64,000 bases of DNA from Octopus vulgaris (Eukaryota), in the NCBI GenBank assembly GCA_951406725.2, contig OX597816.1, forward strand, positions 93,434,001 to 93,498,000, written 5' to 3'. The position numbers and the translations under genes are program-made. Within the stretch, counting starts at the first letter, position 1, and the number at the start of each line of letters is the position of its first letter. Under the pieces are notes generated by a model. That model saw only the letters and a list, made by a program, of their open reading frames with translations. It searched no databases and was not told the origin of the DNA. Positions 63,278 through 64,000 of this stretch are shown one piece after another.

Positions 63278-64000
63278 TGTTAAAAACAGTATAAAGTAAA
63301 TGGGAAGAAATCAGACAAAAAATTTGGTATTGGAAAGATTTGAAAAATGAAGAAGAACAAAGAAAAAAGTAAAAGAAAAGCCAATATAGTTGCCATGGTG
63401 TAACAAGATATAGCCATAATAAAAAAAAAGTAATAATAATTGAATCAAATAAAACATTAGGAAAACCTAAGAGAATTAAGTGTTTTAGCAGAAAAGACTA
63501 TAATTAGAAGACCACCTAAGTTGCTGGAATGGAAAATTAGTACTACTTGGTTATAACCATATAGAATTATTTTGAGAATATTTAACCAGGGTTATTAAGC
63601 CTCCTTACTTAAGGGAATTAATGGTAAAACTTGCTATCAAGAAAGTATTTATAGGTTTTTCTATATATATGTAAAAATTTTATTTCTAATTTTTTTCCAC
63701 AGTTTAATAAATTATCTTCGGTATATTTCTTCAAGGCAGTAATCGCATTTAAGATTACCTGTGGTATAGGGTGGAGCACTACCTATAATTGACTATTTAG
63801 TGTCATATTTAGCAGTATATATATGTGTGGTTTAAAAGTATACACGCACACATACACACACACACATACATGCATATGTATGTATGTATGTTCATTATGC
63901 TTACTGATATAAACAAAGTATAATGACATGAACCGAGAATTGAACCAAATCACTAACTCAGTTTGTCTAAGTTTCTGTTATAGATAAAGTATATAAAGTT

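Overview
AT-rich eukaryotic intergenic or intronic DNA. The dense (TA)n/(CA)n/trinucleotide microsatellites, the SINE families and the (GAT)n-tailed RTE LINE suggest a coleoid cephalopod, most likely Octopus (my inference, not database-verified). I can support no intact host protein-coding gene, rRNA, tRNA or CRISPR array, and nearly all ORFs in the track are microsatellite artefacts or transposon relics. The window is a layered transposon graveyard: many RTE-clade LINE fragments (RT with an embedded PHD-type finger, modular 3' UTR), BovB-like RTE, CR1 and L1/Tx1 LINE relics, four Penelope-like (PLE) fragments, three mariner derivatives, a Kolobok-like relic, a non-autonomous Helitron, several MITEs, three tRNA-derived SINE families and a 1.07-kb 16-bp minisatellite. 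The best signal invisible to the ORF track is a set of minimal type I hammerhead-ribozyme motifs. One at 54-123 has an intact catalytic core, and others sit next to PLE relics or inside palindromes. These belong to a known class, so I found no convincing wholly new biological system. Coordinates of degraded elements are approximate, read by eye.
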